Shown here one piece after another: positions 29,331-39,302 of a DNA stretch of 64,000 bases. The position numbers and the translations under genes were made by a program. The DNA is taken from positions 6,633 to 70,632 of the forward strand of contig DIYO01000007.1 of the NCBI GenBank assembly GCA_002427755.1, given 5' to 3'. Source of the DNA: Roseivirga sp. UBA6052 (GTDB lineage Bacteria > Bacteroidota > Bacteroidia > Cytophagales > Cyclobacteriaceae). How positions within the stretch are numbered: the first letter of the stretch is position 1; each line of letters begins with the position of its first letter. The notes beneath the pieces are model-generated. The model had not been told where the DNA came from. It saw nothing but the letters and a program-made list of their open reading frames with translations, and made no database searches.

Positions 29331-29603
29331 ATGGGAACATTTGCATCAACCGGAGCATTTTCAACACTAAGATCTAATCAAGGTATGTTGAATACTAAAA
29401 GATCTAGAAGGTTCTTAATGAATGAAGACCTTGTTCGCTTCAAAGGAAAAAACTTAACAAACAGAGTTGAAAACTTTCAAGGAGAAGAAAATGCACGAAC
29501 AAAGAGGCTAATAAAGCAACTGAACGATACGGAGTATCAAAAAAGTGTGCTGGTTTTAGCTGTATCGGTACTTAGTGTACTGCTAGGAATAGCCGTTTTA
29601 TAG
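29331..29603 (+). CDS. Small basic tail-anchored membrane protein (likely distant paralog of 28928-29206)
   Basis: 90 aa, same layout; perfect SD AGGAGGT 7 nt upstream. Confidence 0.72.
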   Translation: MGTFASTGAFSTLRSNQGMLNTKRSRRFLMNEDLVRFKGKNLTNRVENFQGEENARTKRLIKQLNDTEYQKSVLVLAVSVLSVLLGIAVL

Positions 29604-29625
29604 TTAGTTTATATTTAAGTTAGGT

Positions 29626-29654
29626 GCCCGTTCAGCAATGAACGGGCTTTTTTT
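29626..29654 (+). terminator. Rho-independent terminator
   Basis: GCCCGTTCA-GCAA-TGAACGGGC followed by T7. Confidence 0.88.
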
Positions 29655-29755
29655 ATGCATTCAATTTCCATACACATTTACATTTCTGCATTTTATCACT
29701 AAATTTCTGTTGTTAATTCTAAACAGCCTATCAGAATTAACCTCTATCCTATTAC

Positions 29756-30715
29756 ATGCAGCGTAAAAGAGAATCACTCCACACTGAGTCGATCTTGAAC
29801 ATCTTGGCCTTTTTTAAGAAACCCCTTAAGGTATCTGGTTTACTTGCGCTTTTCATTCTTATTGTGGCTTCCAGCTATTTCAGAGAAGTAATTTTTAATA
29901 CGAGAGAAAGTGGCTATGAAATACCTGCGCAAATTACATTCGACTTTGATCTTGATGGAATCGAATCAAATAACATCTACGTCAAAAAATCTAGTAGTGA
30001 TAAACAAGGAACAACAGTTGATCCCAAATCAAATACGATAAGCATCATCTATGAGTACCCCGGGTTCTATAAAGCCCGCCTTCTAGTAGATAATAAGACA
30101 GTAAAATCAAGTGATGTATTTATCAAAACCAATGGTTGGCTGGCCACAACTACCAAAGACAATTTCATTAAATACCACAACCAAGCACTTATCACCAATC
30201 ATAACGAAATCTCAATCCCTGAAAAATGGAGTGATAGGAATGCATTCGATAAAGTAACCTATCATTACTTCGATCAAATCAACCCTATTAGCGGCTTAGA
30301 TTTTGTTCTAGAAGCTGAATTGAAAACTATTCAACCTAAAGACTTCTATCAATGCAACTATGTACAAGTAGAGATAGTTGGCTCTAATTCTTCCAGTTTA
30401 ATACCTGTTACGCTGTCGGCCTGCTCAATAGATCTACCTGTAACAATTGCAGGACACGAAAATTTCACTCGATCTACTCTTAATAAATACTTAGCAGCAA
30501 ACAACAACTCTGAGTGGCAAAATTTTAAGCTAGTTGTCCATGGTGGAACAGCTCAATTCATTATCAACAATCAAAAGCAATTAACTCTTCCGGTTAAATC
30601 CAGTATGGGACAAATCGTTGGACTTCGCTTCCATTTTGACGGTAATGGAGCCATTAAAAATGTCAACTTAACTGACACTCAGGAAGTCACCTACATAGAC
30701 ACTTTTCAACCTTAA
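29756..30715 (+). CDS. Paralog of the 27594 regulator lacking most of the N-terminal HTH-like domain
   Basis: YEYPGFYKARLLVD...IKTNGWLA aligns with YYYPGYFQAKLLAD...VPTNGWMG; VGLRFHFDGNG aligns with VGFKVRFEGSG; one TM near the N-terminus. Confidence 0.7.
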   Translation: MQRKRESLHTESILNILAFFKKPLKVSGLLALFILIVASSYFREVIFNTRESGYEIPAQITFDFDLDGIESNNIYVKKSSSDKQGTTVDPKSNTISIIYEYPGFYKARLLVDNKTVKSSDVFIKTNGWLATTTKDNFIKYHNQALITNHNEISIPEKWSDRNAFDKVTYHYFDQINPISGLDFVLEAELKTIQPKDFYQCNYVQVEIVGSNSSSLIPVTLSACSIDLPVTIAGHENFTRSTLNKYLAANNNSEWQNFKLVVHGGTAQFIINNQKQLTLPVKSSMGQIVGLRFHFDGNGAIKNVNLTDTQEVTYIDTFQP

Positions 30716-30808
30716 TTTTCTTCACCAATCGGGAACCTTTTTCACATCAAATTCTGTAGTTTAGAAGATTAGTTTTTCTGAAAAACAACCTAGTCGTTCT
30801 AACTATTT

Positions 30809-33800
30809 ATGTACTTAATATTTGATACGGAAACCACCGGTTTACCTCAAAATTACAATGCCCCACTTACTGATTTTGAGAACTGGCCAAGAATGGTCCA
30901 AATTGCATGGCAGCTTCATGAAGCCAACGGAAAACTAATAACGGCTAAGAACTTCATTGTCAAACCTGAGGGCTATACAATTCCCTACAACTCTGTTCAG
31001 GTACATGGTATAACAACTGAACGGGCACTTGCGGAAGGGCATGATCTAAAAGACGTCCTTGCTACCTTTAAAGAAGATATTGCTAAGTCTGAGTTTGGAA
31101 TCGGACATAACATAGAATTTGACTACAACATTGTTGGAGCTGAGTATCTGAGATGTGAACTCGAAAATGCACTAGAACCTTTAGAGCCTCTTGACACCAA
31201 GTTGGTTTCGACAGATTTTGTGGCTATTCCTGGAGGCAGAGGTGGTCAGTTTAAATGGCCAACGCTTACAGAATTGCACACCAAACTTTTCGGAGAAGCT
31301 TTTGCTGATGCGCATGATGCCGCCTACGATGTTGATGCTACTGCGAAGTGTTTCTTTGGCTTGATTAAGGAAAGTGTTGTTCCTCATGCTGAAGGCTTAA
31401 CACTTGCTGAAATTGTATATGAAGCACCTGAATTAGAAGAAGCCAATTTTGCCAAAACCAGCGAGACAAAAAGTGGTGGAAGCAAAAAGATTGACCAGAG
31501 TAATTTGGCTGATCTAGCTGAAACCCCTTTCAGTCACTTGCATGTTCACTCTCAATTTTCAATCCTACAAGCGGTTTCAGAGATTGGCGGCTTAGTGAAC
31601 GCAGCAAAAGAAATGGGCATGCCTGCTGTAGCACTTACGGACCATGGCAATATGATGGGCGCTTTCCAGTTTGTTAGCGCAGCCTTAGCTAATGACATCA
31701 AACCCATTGTGGGTTGTGAATTCAACATATGTGGTGATCGTTCAAACAAAAAAGTCCAAGACAACGGATTTCAGACAGTTATTCTGGCCAAGAATAAAAA
31801 TGGCTATCATAACCTAGTTAAACTGTCTTCAATAGCCTTTACAGAAGGTTTTTACTATGTACCTAGAATTGATAAAAACGATCTCTTAGAATTTAAAGGA
31901 GACTTAATTGTCACTACAGGCGGTCTTTGGGGAGAAGTACCCTATAAAATTCTTAATGTAGGAGATACTCAAGCAGAAGAGGCTTTCTTATGGTGGAAAG
32001 AAAATTTTGGTGATGACTTCTACGTGGAAATAAACCGTCACGGTATTCCTGAAGAAGACCACGTAAACGAGGTACTGCTTGATCTGGCAGCAAAGCACAA
32101 TGTAAAAGTCATTGCCGCAAACAACACTTACTACACGCGTAAAGATCAAGCAGAAGCACATGATGTTTTGCTCTGTGTTAAAGATGCTGAGTCAGTAAAT
32201 AAGCCTAAAAAATATATTGGCAAGCGCGGACGAGAATTTCGATACGGATTCCCTAATGATGAATTCTATATGAAATCGCCTGAAGAGATGAAAAAGCTCT
32301 TCAGCGATATCCCGGAAGCCATTGTGAATACTAATGAGATTATCGATAAGATTGAATCTTATGAATTAGCAAGAAGTGTACTGCTGCCGAAGTATGAAAT
32401 TCCAGAAGAGTTCCAACATGCTGAAGACGATATAGATGGAGGAAAACGTGGGGAAAATGCTTTCTTAAGGCATTTAACCTATGAGGGCGCTAAAAAACGT
32501 TACGGGGAAATCACAGAAGAAATTACCGAAAGACTAGACTTTGAACTAGCCACTATTGAAAGAACTGGCTATCCTGGGTATTTCCTTATTGTCCAAGACT
32601 TTACAAATAAAGCAACTGAAATGGGAGTTTCTGTAGGTCCGGGACGTGGTTCTGCAGCAGGCTCTGCCGTTGCCTATTGTATTGGCATCACCAATGTAGA
32701 CCCCATCAAATACGACCTCCTATTTGAGCGATTCTTAAATCCAGATCGTGTGTCTCTTCCCGATATCGATATCGACTTTGATGATGAAGGAAGACAAAAA
32801 GTCATCGATTATGTAATCGACAAATATGGTAAGAATCAGGTAGCTCAGATTATCACTTATGGTACCATGGCTGCCAAGTCTTCAATCAGAGATACTGCCA
32901 GAGTACTAGAACTACCTCTACCTGATGCCGATAGGGTAGCCAAACTTGTTCCGGATATTAAGCTCAACAAGCTATTCTCACTTTCTGATCAAGAGCTCAA
33001 ACAAAAGCTAAGATCCGAACAGATTCCACTAGCTAATGAGTTGAAGAAGATTGCAGATGGCAATAACCTAGAAGCCAGAACAGTAAATCAAGCACGTGTG
33101 CTCGAGGGCTCTGTTCGAAACACAGGAATACATGCCTGCGGGGTAATCATCACACCGGATGACATTACCAAGTTCGCTCCTGTTGCGGTAGCCAAGGACT
33201 CTGAAATGTGGTGTACTCAATTCGACAATTCAGTAGTAGAAGATGCGGGGTTGTTAAAAATGGACTTCTTGGGTTTAAAAACCTTAACACTCATAAAGGA
33301 TGCTGTTAAAAACGTAAAAGAACGCCATGATGTAGATTTAGTCCCAGACGATTTTCCTTTAGATGACAAGAAAACTTATGAGTTATTCCAGCGTGGTGAA
33401 ACAGTAGGAATCTTCCAATATGAATCTGCAGGAATGCAGAAGTACATGAAGGAACTCAAGCCAACAGAGTTTGCTGATCTGATTGCTATGAATGCGCTCT
33501 ATCGTCCTGGGCCATTGGAATACATCCCTTCATTTATTAGAAGAAAGCATGGTGATGAGGAGATTACCTATGATTTACCAGCTCTCGAAGAGTACCTAGC
33601 CGAAACCTATGGCATTACGGTTTATCAAGAGCAGGTGATGCTTCTTTCTCAAAAGCTAGCCGGCTTTACAAAAGGTGAAGCCGATGTCTTGCGTAAGGCC
33701 ATGGGTAAGAAAAAGCGTGATGTACTAGATAAAATGAAGCCCAAATTTATTGATCAGTCTAAAGCAAATGGACACGATGAAGAGAAGCTGAATAAAATCT

Positions 33801-35098
33801 GGAAAGACTGGGAAGCATTTGCCTCTTATGCCTTCAACAAATCACACTCCACTTGCTATGCCTATGTAGCTTTTCAAACTGCCTATTTGAAAGCCCACTA
33901 CCCAGCGGAATACATGGCTTCTGTTTTGAGTAACAATATGAACGACATCAAGCAGGTAACCTTCTTTATGGAAGAATGCCAACGCATGGGTGTTCCTGTT
34001 CTAGGTCCAGATGTGAATGAATCCAATTATAAGTTTACCGTGAACCAGAAAGGAGAAATTCGTTTTGGTATGGGGGCTATAAAAGGTGTAGGTGAAGCAG
34101 CAATAGAATCTATCATTGCGGAACGTGCCGAAAACGGCCCATACGGTAATGTCTTCGACTTTGCAGAAAGAGTAAATCTAAGGGCCGTGAACAAGAAAAA
34201 CTTTGAATCTCTTGCACAAGCAGGTGGCTTTGACTGCTTTGAACAGTACCACAGAAAGCAATACTTGTTCGCTCCAGATGGTGAACAAACGCTTATTGAA
34301 AAAGTGATTCGATATGCCAATAGCAAGCAGGCAGAAAAAGATGCTGCACAAGTTTCTCTATTTGGTGGTGATAGTGGGGTAGCTACTCCTTTACCAAAAG
34401 TTCCTGAAATGGAGCCGTTCAGTCAAATGGAAAAGCTCAAGTTGGAAAAAGAGATTGTCGGATTCTACATTTCGGGTCATCCTTTGGACCAATTTGAAGT
34501 TGAATTAGAAAGCTTCTGTAAGCCCATCAACGACATCAATAAGTTTCCTAATCAGGACATTTCTATTGGTGGAATTGTCAATGGAGTTAGAAATGGACAA
34601 ACCAAAACAGGCAAACCGTTTGGCGTTGTAAATGTAGAAGACTACAACGGTTCAGTTGAGCTCTTCTTAATGGGAGAAAAATACATTAATCATGCTCAAT
34701 ATTTAAGACCAGGAGAATTCCTGTTCATTTCCGGTAGGGTCGAGATTAACTGGCGCAAGCAAAAAGAGATTCGAGAGAACCCCCAAATCAATCCAACTCC
34801 GGAAGACTGGGAATTACAAACACATTCCATGTCGCTCTTGAGTGAATTGAGAGAAAAGAGAGGAAAGGGAATTCACATAAAACTAGATGCAAAAATGGTT
34901 GACCAAGAGTTGATAGAAAAACTGGTTTCAATCACAGAAGAGCACAAAGGTGAAACTCCATTGAAGGTTGAGTTATTTGATAAAAGAGAAAATATAAGTG
35001 TGGAGCTTTTTGCAAGACAAGTTAAGGTAGACCCTAACAATGAGTTGCTAAAAGGATTGAAGAGTTATACCGAATCAGCACGCTTATTGACAGCCTAA
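30809..35098 (+). CDS. dnaE: DNA polymerase III alpha subunit with N-terminal fused DEDDh exonuclease
   Basis: [19 protein letters not shown] exonuclease, PHP domain, [31 protein letters not shown] fold. Confidence 0.97.
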   Translation: MYLIFDTETTGLPQNYNAPLTDFENWPRMVQIAWQLHEANGKLITAKNFIVKPEGYTIPYNSVQVHGITTERALAEGHDLKDVLATFKEDIAKSEFGIGHNIEFDYNIVGAEYLRCELENALEPLEPLDTKLVSTDFVAIPGGRGGQFKWPTLTELHTKLFGEAFADAHDAAYDVDATAKCFFGLIKESVVPHAEGLTLAEIVYEAPELEEANFAKTSETKSGGSKKIDQSNLADLAETPFSHLHVHSQFSILQAVSEIGGLVNAAKEMGMPAVALTDHGNMMGAFQFVSAALANDIKPIVGCEFNICGDRSNKKVQDNGFQTVILAKNKNGYHNLVKLSSIAFTEGFYYVPRIDKNDLLEFKGDLIVTTGGLWGEVPYKILNVGDTQAEEAFLWWKENFGDDFYVEINRHGIPEEDHVNEVLLDLAAKHNVKVIAANNTYYTRKDQAEAHDVLLCVKDAESVNKPKKYIGKRGREFRYGFPNDEFYMKSPEEMKKLFSDIPEAIVNTNEIIDKIESYELARSVLLPKYEIPEEFQHAEDDIDGGKRGENAFLRHLTYEGAKKRYGEITEEITERLDFELATIERTGYPGYFLIVQDFTNKATEMGVSVGPGRGSAAGSAVAYCIGITNVDPIKYDLLFERFLNPDRVSLPDIDIDFDDEGRQKVIDYVIDKYGKNQVAQIITYGTMAAKSSIRDTARVLELPLPDADRVAKLVPDIKLNKLFSLSDQELKQKLRSEQIPLANELKKIADGNNLEARTVNQARVLEGSVRNTGIHACGVIITPDDITKFAPVAVAKDSEMWCTQFDNSVVEDAGLLKMDFLGLKTLTLIKDAVKNVKERHDVDLVPDDFPLDDKKTYELFQRGETVGIFQYESAGMQKYMKELKPTEFADLIAMNALYRPGPLEYIPSFIRRKHGDEEITYDLPALEEYLAETYGITVYQEQVMLLSQKLAGFTKGEADVLRKAMGKKKRDVLDKMKPKFIDQSKANGHDEEKLNKIWKDWEAFASYAFNKSHSTCYAYVAFQTAYLKAHYPAEYMASVLSNNMNDIKQVTFFMEECQRMGVPVLGPDVNESNYKFTVNQKGEIRFGMGAIKGVGEAAIESIIAERAENGPYGNVFDFAERVNLRAVNKKNFESLAQAGGFDCFEQYHRKQYLFAPDGEQTLIEKVIRYANSKQAEKDAAQVSLFGGDSGVATPLPKVPEMEPFSQMEKLKLEKEIVGFYISGHPLDQFEVELESFCKPINDINKFPNQDISIGGIVNGVRNGQTKTGKPFGVVNVEDYNGSVELFLMGEKYINHAQYLRPGEFLFISGRVEINWRKQKEIRENPQINPTPEDWELQTHSMSLLSELREKRGKGIHIKLDAKMVDQELIEKLVSITEEHKGETPLKVELFDKRENISVELFARQVKVDPNNELLKGLKSYTESARLLTA

Positions 35099-35218
35099 AT
35101 ATGTCATAAGCATATTTCGTTTTAACGGTCAATAGCTTAGGAACTTTTTAACTACTTTTGATGTCATTCTCTTGGTTGACGAACACATAGAAAAATATAT
35201 AATTAGAATAAAGATATT

Positions 35219-35551
35219 ATGGCAAACGCGATTGAAATTACTGATGCAAACTTCGAGGAAGTTGTTTTAAATTCAGATAAGCCTGTTTTAGTTGACTTCT
35301 GGGCAGCATGGTGTGGACCTTGTAGAATGGTTGGACCAGTTGTAGAAGAAATTGCAGGAGAATATGACGGACAAGCTGTTGTAGGAAAAGTTGATGTTGA
35401 TGCAAACCCTGAAATTTCAATCAAGTATGGTATCAGATCTATCCCAGCTCTACTTTACTTTAAAGGTGGAGAAAAAGTAGATGGTGTAGTTGGTGCTGTA
35501 CCGAAAGGAATGTTGACTTCTAAATTAGATGAGCAATTAGCTGACGCTTAA
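35219..35551 (+). CDS. trxA: Thioredoxin
   Basis: DFWAAWCGPC, IRSIP. Confidence 0.97.
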   Translation: MANAIEITDANFEEVVLNSDKPVLVDFWAAWCGPCRMVGPVVEEIAGEYDGQAVVGKVDVDANPEISIKYGIRSIPALLYFKGGEKVDGVVGAVPKGMLTSKLDEQLADA

Positions 35552-35572
35552 GAAACATAGAATAAACTGAAG

Positions 35573-35607
35573 AAGCCTCTTTCGAATAGATCGGAAGAGG
35601 CTTTTTT
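35573..35607 (+). terminator. Rho-independent terminator
   Basis: AAGCCTCTTTCGA-ATAGA-TCGGAAGAGGCTT followed by a T-run. Confidence 0.88.
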
Positions 35608-35657
35608 GTTTTGTCATTTATTTACCAGAAATAGCATTTCTAAGCAAGATCTAAACA

Positions 35658-36572
35658 ATGATTCACGGAACTCACAACGCCATAGATGACCCAAGAAATG
35701 AAACGGTGCAAATCTTTATTAACGGAGAATTCTTCGAAAGAAAAGATGCCAAGATATCAGTGTTTGATAGTGGTTATTTAGTTGGTGATGGTGTTTGGGA
35801 AGGCATTCGCTACCACAAGGGCACGTTATGTTTTTTGGAAGACCATTTGAATAGACTTTGGCAGGCTGCCAAAACCACTGGAATCAAACTACCTTTTACC
35901 AGAAAAGAATTAGTCGAGGACATTCAAAAAACATTAGAGATTAATCAAATGGAAACAGATGTCCACGTTCGTCTGATGATCACAAGAGGTATTAAAAAGA
36001 CACCGTCACAAGACCCTAGACTAACCATTTCAGGACCCAATGTTGTAATCATCGCTGAGCACAAAAAGACTTCTGAAGAAACAAGAGAGAGAGGCATAAC
36101 ACTTTTCACTTCTACCATCAGAAGAGGGTCGCCAGACTATCTAGACCCTAAGTTGAATTGTCACAGCAAGCTGCACGAGGTGCAGGCATTAATCCAGGCC
36201 CTTGAAGCAGGAGCCGATGAAGCACTAATGCTAGATGTTAATGGTGCGGTTTCTACATGCAATGCGACTAACTTTTTTATGGTGAAGTATGGTGAAGTAT
36301 GGACAAGCACAGGACAATACTGTATGAATGGCATCACCAGAGGGAATGTTATAAAGGCAGCCAACACATTGAATATTCCCTGTTTTCAAAAAGACTTCAG
36401 TTTATACGATGTTTATGGCGCTGATGAAGCTTTTGTGACCGGTACTTTTGGTGGCTTAACACCGGTTACCAAGATTGATGGACGAGAATTACCTTCTGTA
36501 AATGGCCCAATAACTCAGCATTTGAGAACACAATACTATCATATGGTAGAACAGGAGGTACTAAATGGGTGA
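35658..36572 (+). CDS. Class IV PLP aminotransferase (BCAT/D-AAT-like)
   Basis: ISVFDSGYLVGDGVWEG, EALML, TNFF, GITR, ADEAFVTGT. Confidence 0.9.
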   Translation: MIHGTHNAIDDPRNETVQIFINGEFFERKDAKISVFDSGYLVGDGVWEGIRYHKGTLCFLEDHLNRLWQAAKTTGIKLPFTRKELVEDIQKTLEINQMETDVHVRLMITRGIKKTPSQDPRLTISGPNVVIIAEHKKTSEETRERGITLFTSTIRRGSPDYLDPKLNCHSKLHEVQALIQALEAGADEALMLDVNGAVSTCNATNFFMVKYGEVWTSTGQYCMNGITRGNVIKAANTLNIPCFQKDFSLYDVYGADEAFVTGTFGGLTPVTKIDGRELPSVNGPITQHLRTQYYHMVEQEVLNG

Positions 36573-37287
36573 TAAAGTAAAAAGAATTGCCCTTTGGTCA
36601 GGACCTAGGAATATCAGTACAGCTTTAATGTACTCATTTGCGCAACGAGCCGATACTCGAGTCTATGATGAACCGCTTTATGCCCATTACTTGGTCAATT
36701 CAGATGCTGCAGAATACCACCCCGCTGCACAAGAAACCATCAACTCAATGGAAAATGATGGATCAAAGGTGATTGAACTTATGCTTACGGACAACAGCAA
36801 ACCAGTGCTCTTCTTCAAGAATATGACTCACCATCTACTAGACCTAGATATCTCATTTATGTCCAACTTGGTTAATGTTATGCTAACGCGAAGTCCACGA
36901 GAAATGATCATGTCGTTTGCCAAAGTTATTCCTAACCCTACCATGAAAGATATTGGTTATGCTGCGCACATTGATTTGGTAAAGAGAATGAAAGAGTCTG
37001 GCATAAAACCTATTATTCTTGACAGCAAGGAGGTTTTACTTGAACCCGAAAAGCGATTGAAACAACTGTGTAATGAAGCTGAAATACCATGGGATGCCAA
37101 CATGCTGCATTGGGAGGCAGGTGCAAGACCTGAAGACGGTATCTGGGCTTCTCATTGGTATAGCAATGTGCACAAAAGTACGGGCTTCGCACCTTACAAA
37201 AGAAACACTGATGCTTTCCCTGCTCATCTTAACGATTTACTTAATGAGAGTAAGGAACTGTATAACCAATTACTTGAAATGAATTAG
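36565..37287 (+). CDS. Sulfotransferase-like/P-loop family protein
   Basis: LWSGPRNISTALMYSFAQR, DEPLY, FFKNM, W..HWY; overlaps the upstream gene by 8 bp. Confidence 0.8.
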   Translation: MGDKVKRIALWSGPRNISTALMYSFAQRADTRVYDEPLYAHYLVNSDAAEYHPAAQETINSMENDGSKVIELMLTDNSKPVLFFKNMTHHLLDLDISFMSNLVNVMLTRSPREMIMSFAKVIPNPTMKDIGYAAHIDLVKRMKESGIKPIILDSKEVLLEPEKRLKQLCNEAEIPWDANMLHWEAGARPEDGIWASHWYSNVHKSTGFAPYKRNTDAFPAHLNDLLNESKELYNQLLEMN

Positions 37288-37290
37288 TCC

Positions 37291-39120
37291 TTAGCGAACA
37301 AGTAATTTGCTCATCTGAGGTAACATTGCTTCGTTCTTCTCTTGAAAGATTTCCATATTCGTCAAAATCGTATCAAGAAGACTAATGGCATTCGTTATAT
37401 AAGCCCCTTTATTAAGCATGACACACTCTGCCTTTAAGCCCGTAGTTGCATCTGTTATCTCCGATCTTGAAGGTAATCCTCTCTTCGCCATACTTTCTAA
37501 TACCTGAGTAGCCCATACTACCGGAATATGTGCTGCATTACAAAGTGAAAGAATTTCGTTTTGAACCCAACCGATACTATCCCAACCGGTCTCTACTGCT
37601 AAGTCTCCTCTTGCTATCATCACGCCAACGTAATGTACCCTCATGGCAGTAAGTAAAATGTCTTTCAGGTTATCGAAAGCTTGTCGCGTCTCAATTTTAA
37701 GAATCACACTTAATTTGTTGGTAGCGCCTAGTGCTTCAAAGGTTTCTAATAGCTCCTCCACATCTTTTGCAGAGTTTACAAATGAGAAATTTACCACATC
37801 AGCATATTGCGCTACAAACTTTAAGTCTTCTCGATCTTTATCCGTTAAACCACTAATACCCAGATCTGTAGTTGGAAAGTTGATGCCTTTTTCTGCTTTT
37901 AGCTTTGTACCAAATTCTTTCGCCATGGTTACCCTAACAGCAAAGGAATCCTCATTTCTTTCAACAACTTTACCCTCAATCTTTCCATCATCAAAAAGCA
38001 CACGCTCCCCCACTCTAATCTTAGCAAACACCTCAGGCAAAGTGCAACCGATATGAGCATCTCTCAATAAAGTACCGTCTGAATCATACTGTGCAGGCTC
38101 ACCCAGTATCTCTGACCTATGTACGATTACCTCATCTCCCACTCTAAGTAAAAGTGATTGTTCAATTGGTGGTAACTCGCCAACAACCACCTCCGCTAAA
38201 CCCATTCTCTCAGGACTTAAAACTGTTCCTGTTCCGATGTATGAAGTATCATAACAGTTGGCATGAACGTGCTCAGAAGTCAACTCGATCACTTTTAGCA
38301 TGCGGTGTTTGCTTCTGGTGTCTTTTAGGGTAATCCTATCACCAGGTTTTAATTGCTGCATCCAGTTAGGATCAACTGGAATTGTATTGAGTTCAGAATC
38401 TTCATCTATTCTAGGAACAAAAGAAATTACCGCAGGATTGATCACAATACCCATTTCATTTCTTTCAGGAGAAAATTTTCTAACCTTACCGCCTGCAACA
38501 ATTGGCCCTGTTCTGATTTTTGGTCCTGCCAAGTCCATAGCCACTTTAACATCTTTACCTAATGCTTGAGCAGCGCGTTCAACGTTCTTAATTATTCTTA
38601 ACCAAACTTTTTGATCATCATGGGCACAATTAACACGAGCGCAGTTCATGCCATTTTCTACCATGCTCCGAACCAACTCATAGTTGTAAGCAGATTCGGT
38701 TGGTTGAGTAACCATGATTCTGACTCTTCTACCCGTTTTAGGACGTTCACCTAAAAGTACATCAGTATGTTCTTTCAATAACTTGTTAGACTTCTTAATA
38801 GATAACCTCGCCTTTGTAGGAGTTAACTCCTGATTTGATAAAGCCTGTAAGATTCTCTTAATATTGAGTAGACTATCCATTACATGACTTTCAGCTGTAC
38901 TCAAGCGTGAAGCTCCTAAATGCATAAGCTTTTTCTGAAGCTTCCTTAAGTCAAAACGCCTTAAAGCTTTGTAGTGAATAAGGTTTCTTGCACTTCTTTC
39001 ATAGACTGAACATACCTGATCAATCTCGGCCTGCTGACCAGCTTCAGCAGCCTTAAGTGCCCAGATGATTTCATCAATTTGACTAATCAAATTCTGAAGT
39101 GATTCAGGATCGAGTTTCAT
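37291..39120 (-). CDS. pyk: Pyruvate kinase, atypical long form
   Basis: RVNCAHD, DLAGPKIRT, LKIET, ARGDL, ATQVLESM, ECVMLNKG. ATG 39120 preferred. Confidence 0.9.
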   Translation of the reverse strand: MKLDPESLQNLISQIDEIIWALKAAEAGQQAEIDQVCSVYERSARNLIHYKALRRFDLRKLQKKLMHLGASRLSTAESHVMDSLLNIKRILQALSNQELTPTKARLSIKKSNKLLKEHTDVLLGERPKTGRRVRIMVTQPTESAYNYELVRSMVENGMNCARVNCAHDDQKVWLRIIKNVERAAQALGKDVKVAMDLAGPKIRTGPIVAGGKVRKFSPERNEMGIVINPAVISFVPRIDEDSELNTIPVDPNWMQQLKPGDRITLKDTRSKHRMLKVIELTSEHVHANCYDTSYIGTGTVLSPERMGLAEVVVGELPPIEQSLLLRVGDEVIVHRSEILGEPAQYDSDGTLLRDAHIGCTLPEVFAKIRVGERVLFDDGKIEGKVVERNEDSFAVRVTMAKEFGTKLKAEKGINFPTTDLGISGLTDKDREDLKFVAQYADVVNFSFVNSAKDVEELLETFEALGATNKLSVILKIETRQAFDNLKDILLTAMRVHYVGVMIARGDLAVETGWDSIGWVQNEILSLCNAAHIPVVWATQVLESMAKRGLPSRSEITDATTGLKAECVMLNKGAYITNAISLLDTILTNMEIFQEKNEAMLPQMSKLLVR

Positions 39121-39302
39121 GTTTTTGTTTTTAACCAAGCGCCTACAATAGTGGTCAAAGAATCACCAAAAACAAATGATATATGTTTGCTTTTAAAAGT
39201 TATTGATAGGCTGATTCTATTTGAGTTAGGACCAGTCTATTCAGCCGAAAAAATATTGAGTGATTGCTAAATCTTATCTATTTTGAAATAAAATAAGCAC
39301 AC

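Noticed and set aside
30809-35098. Intein in the long dnaE (or in dnaB)
   Set aside because: The extra length is explained by the N-terminal exonuclease and linker. No intein-like insert or splice-junction motif interrupts the conserved blocks, and the dnaB Walker A region is continuous.
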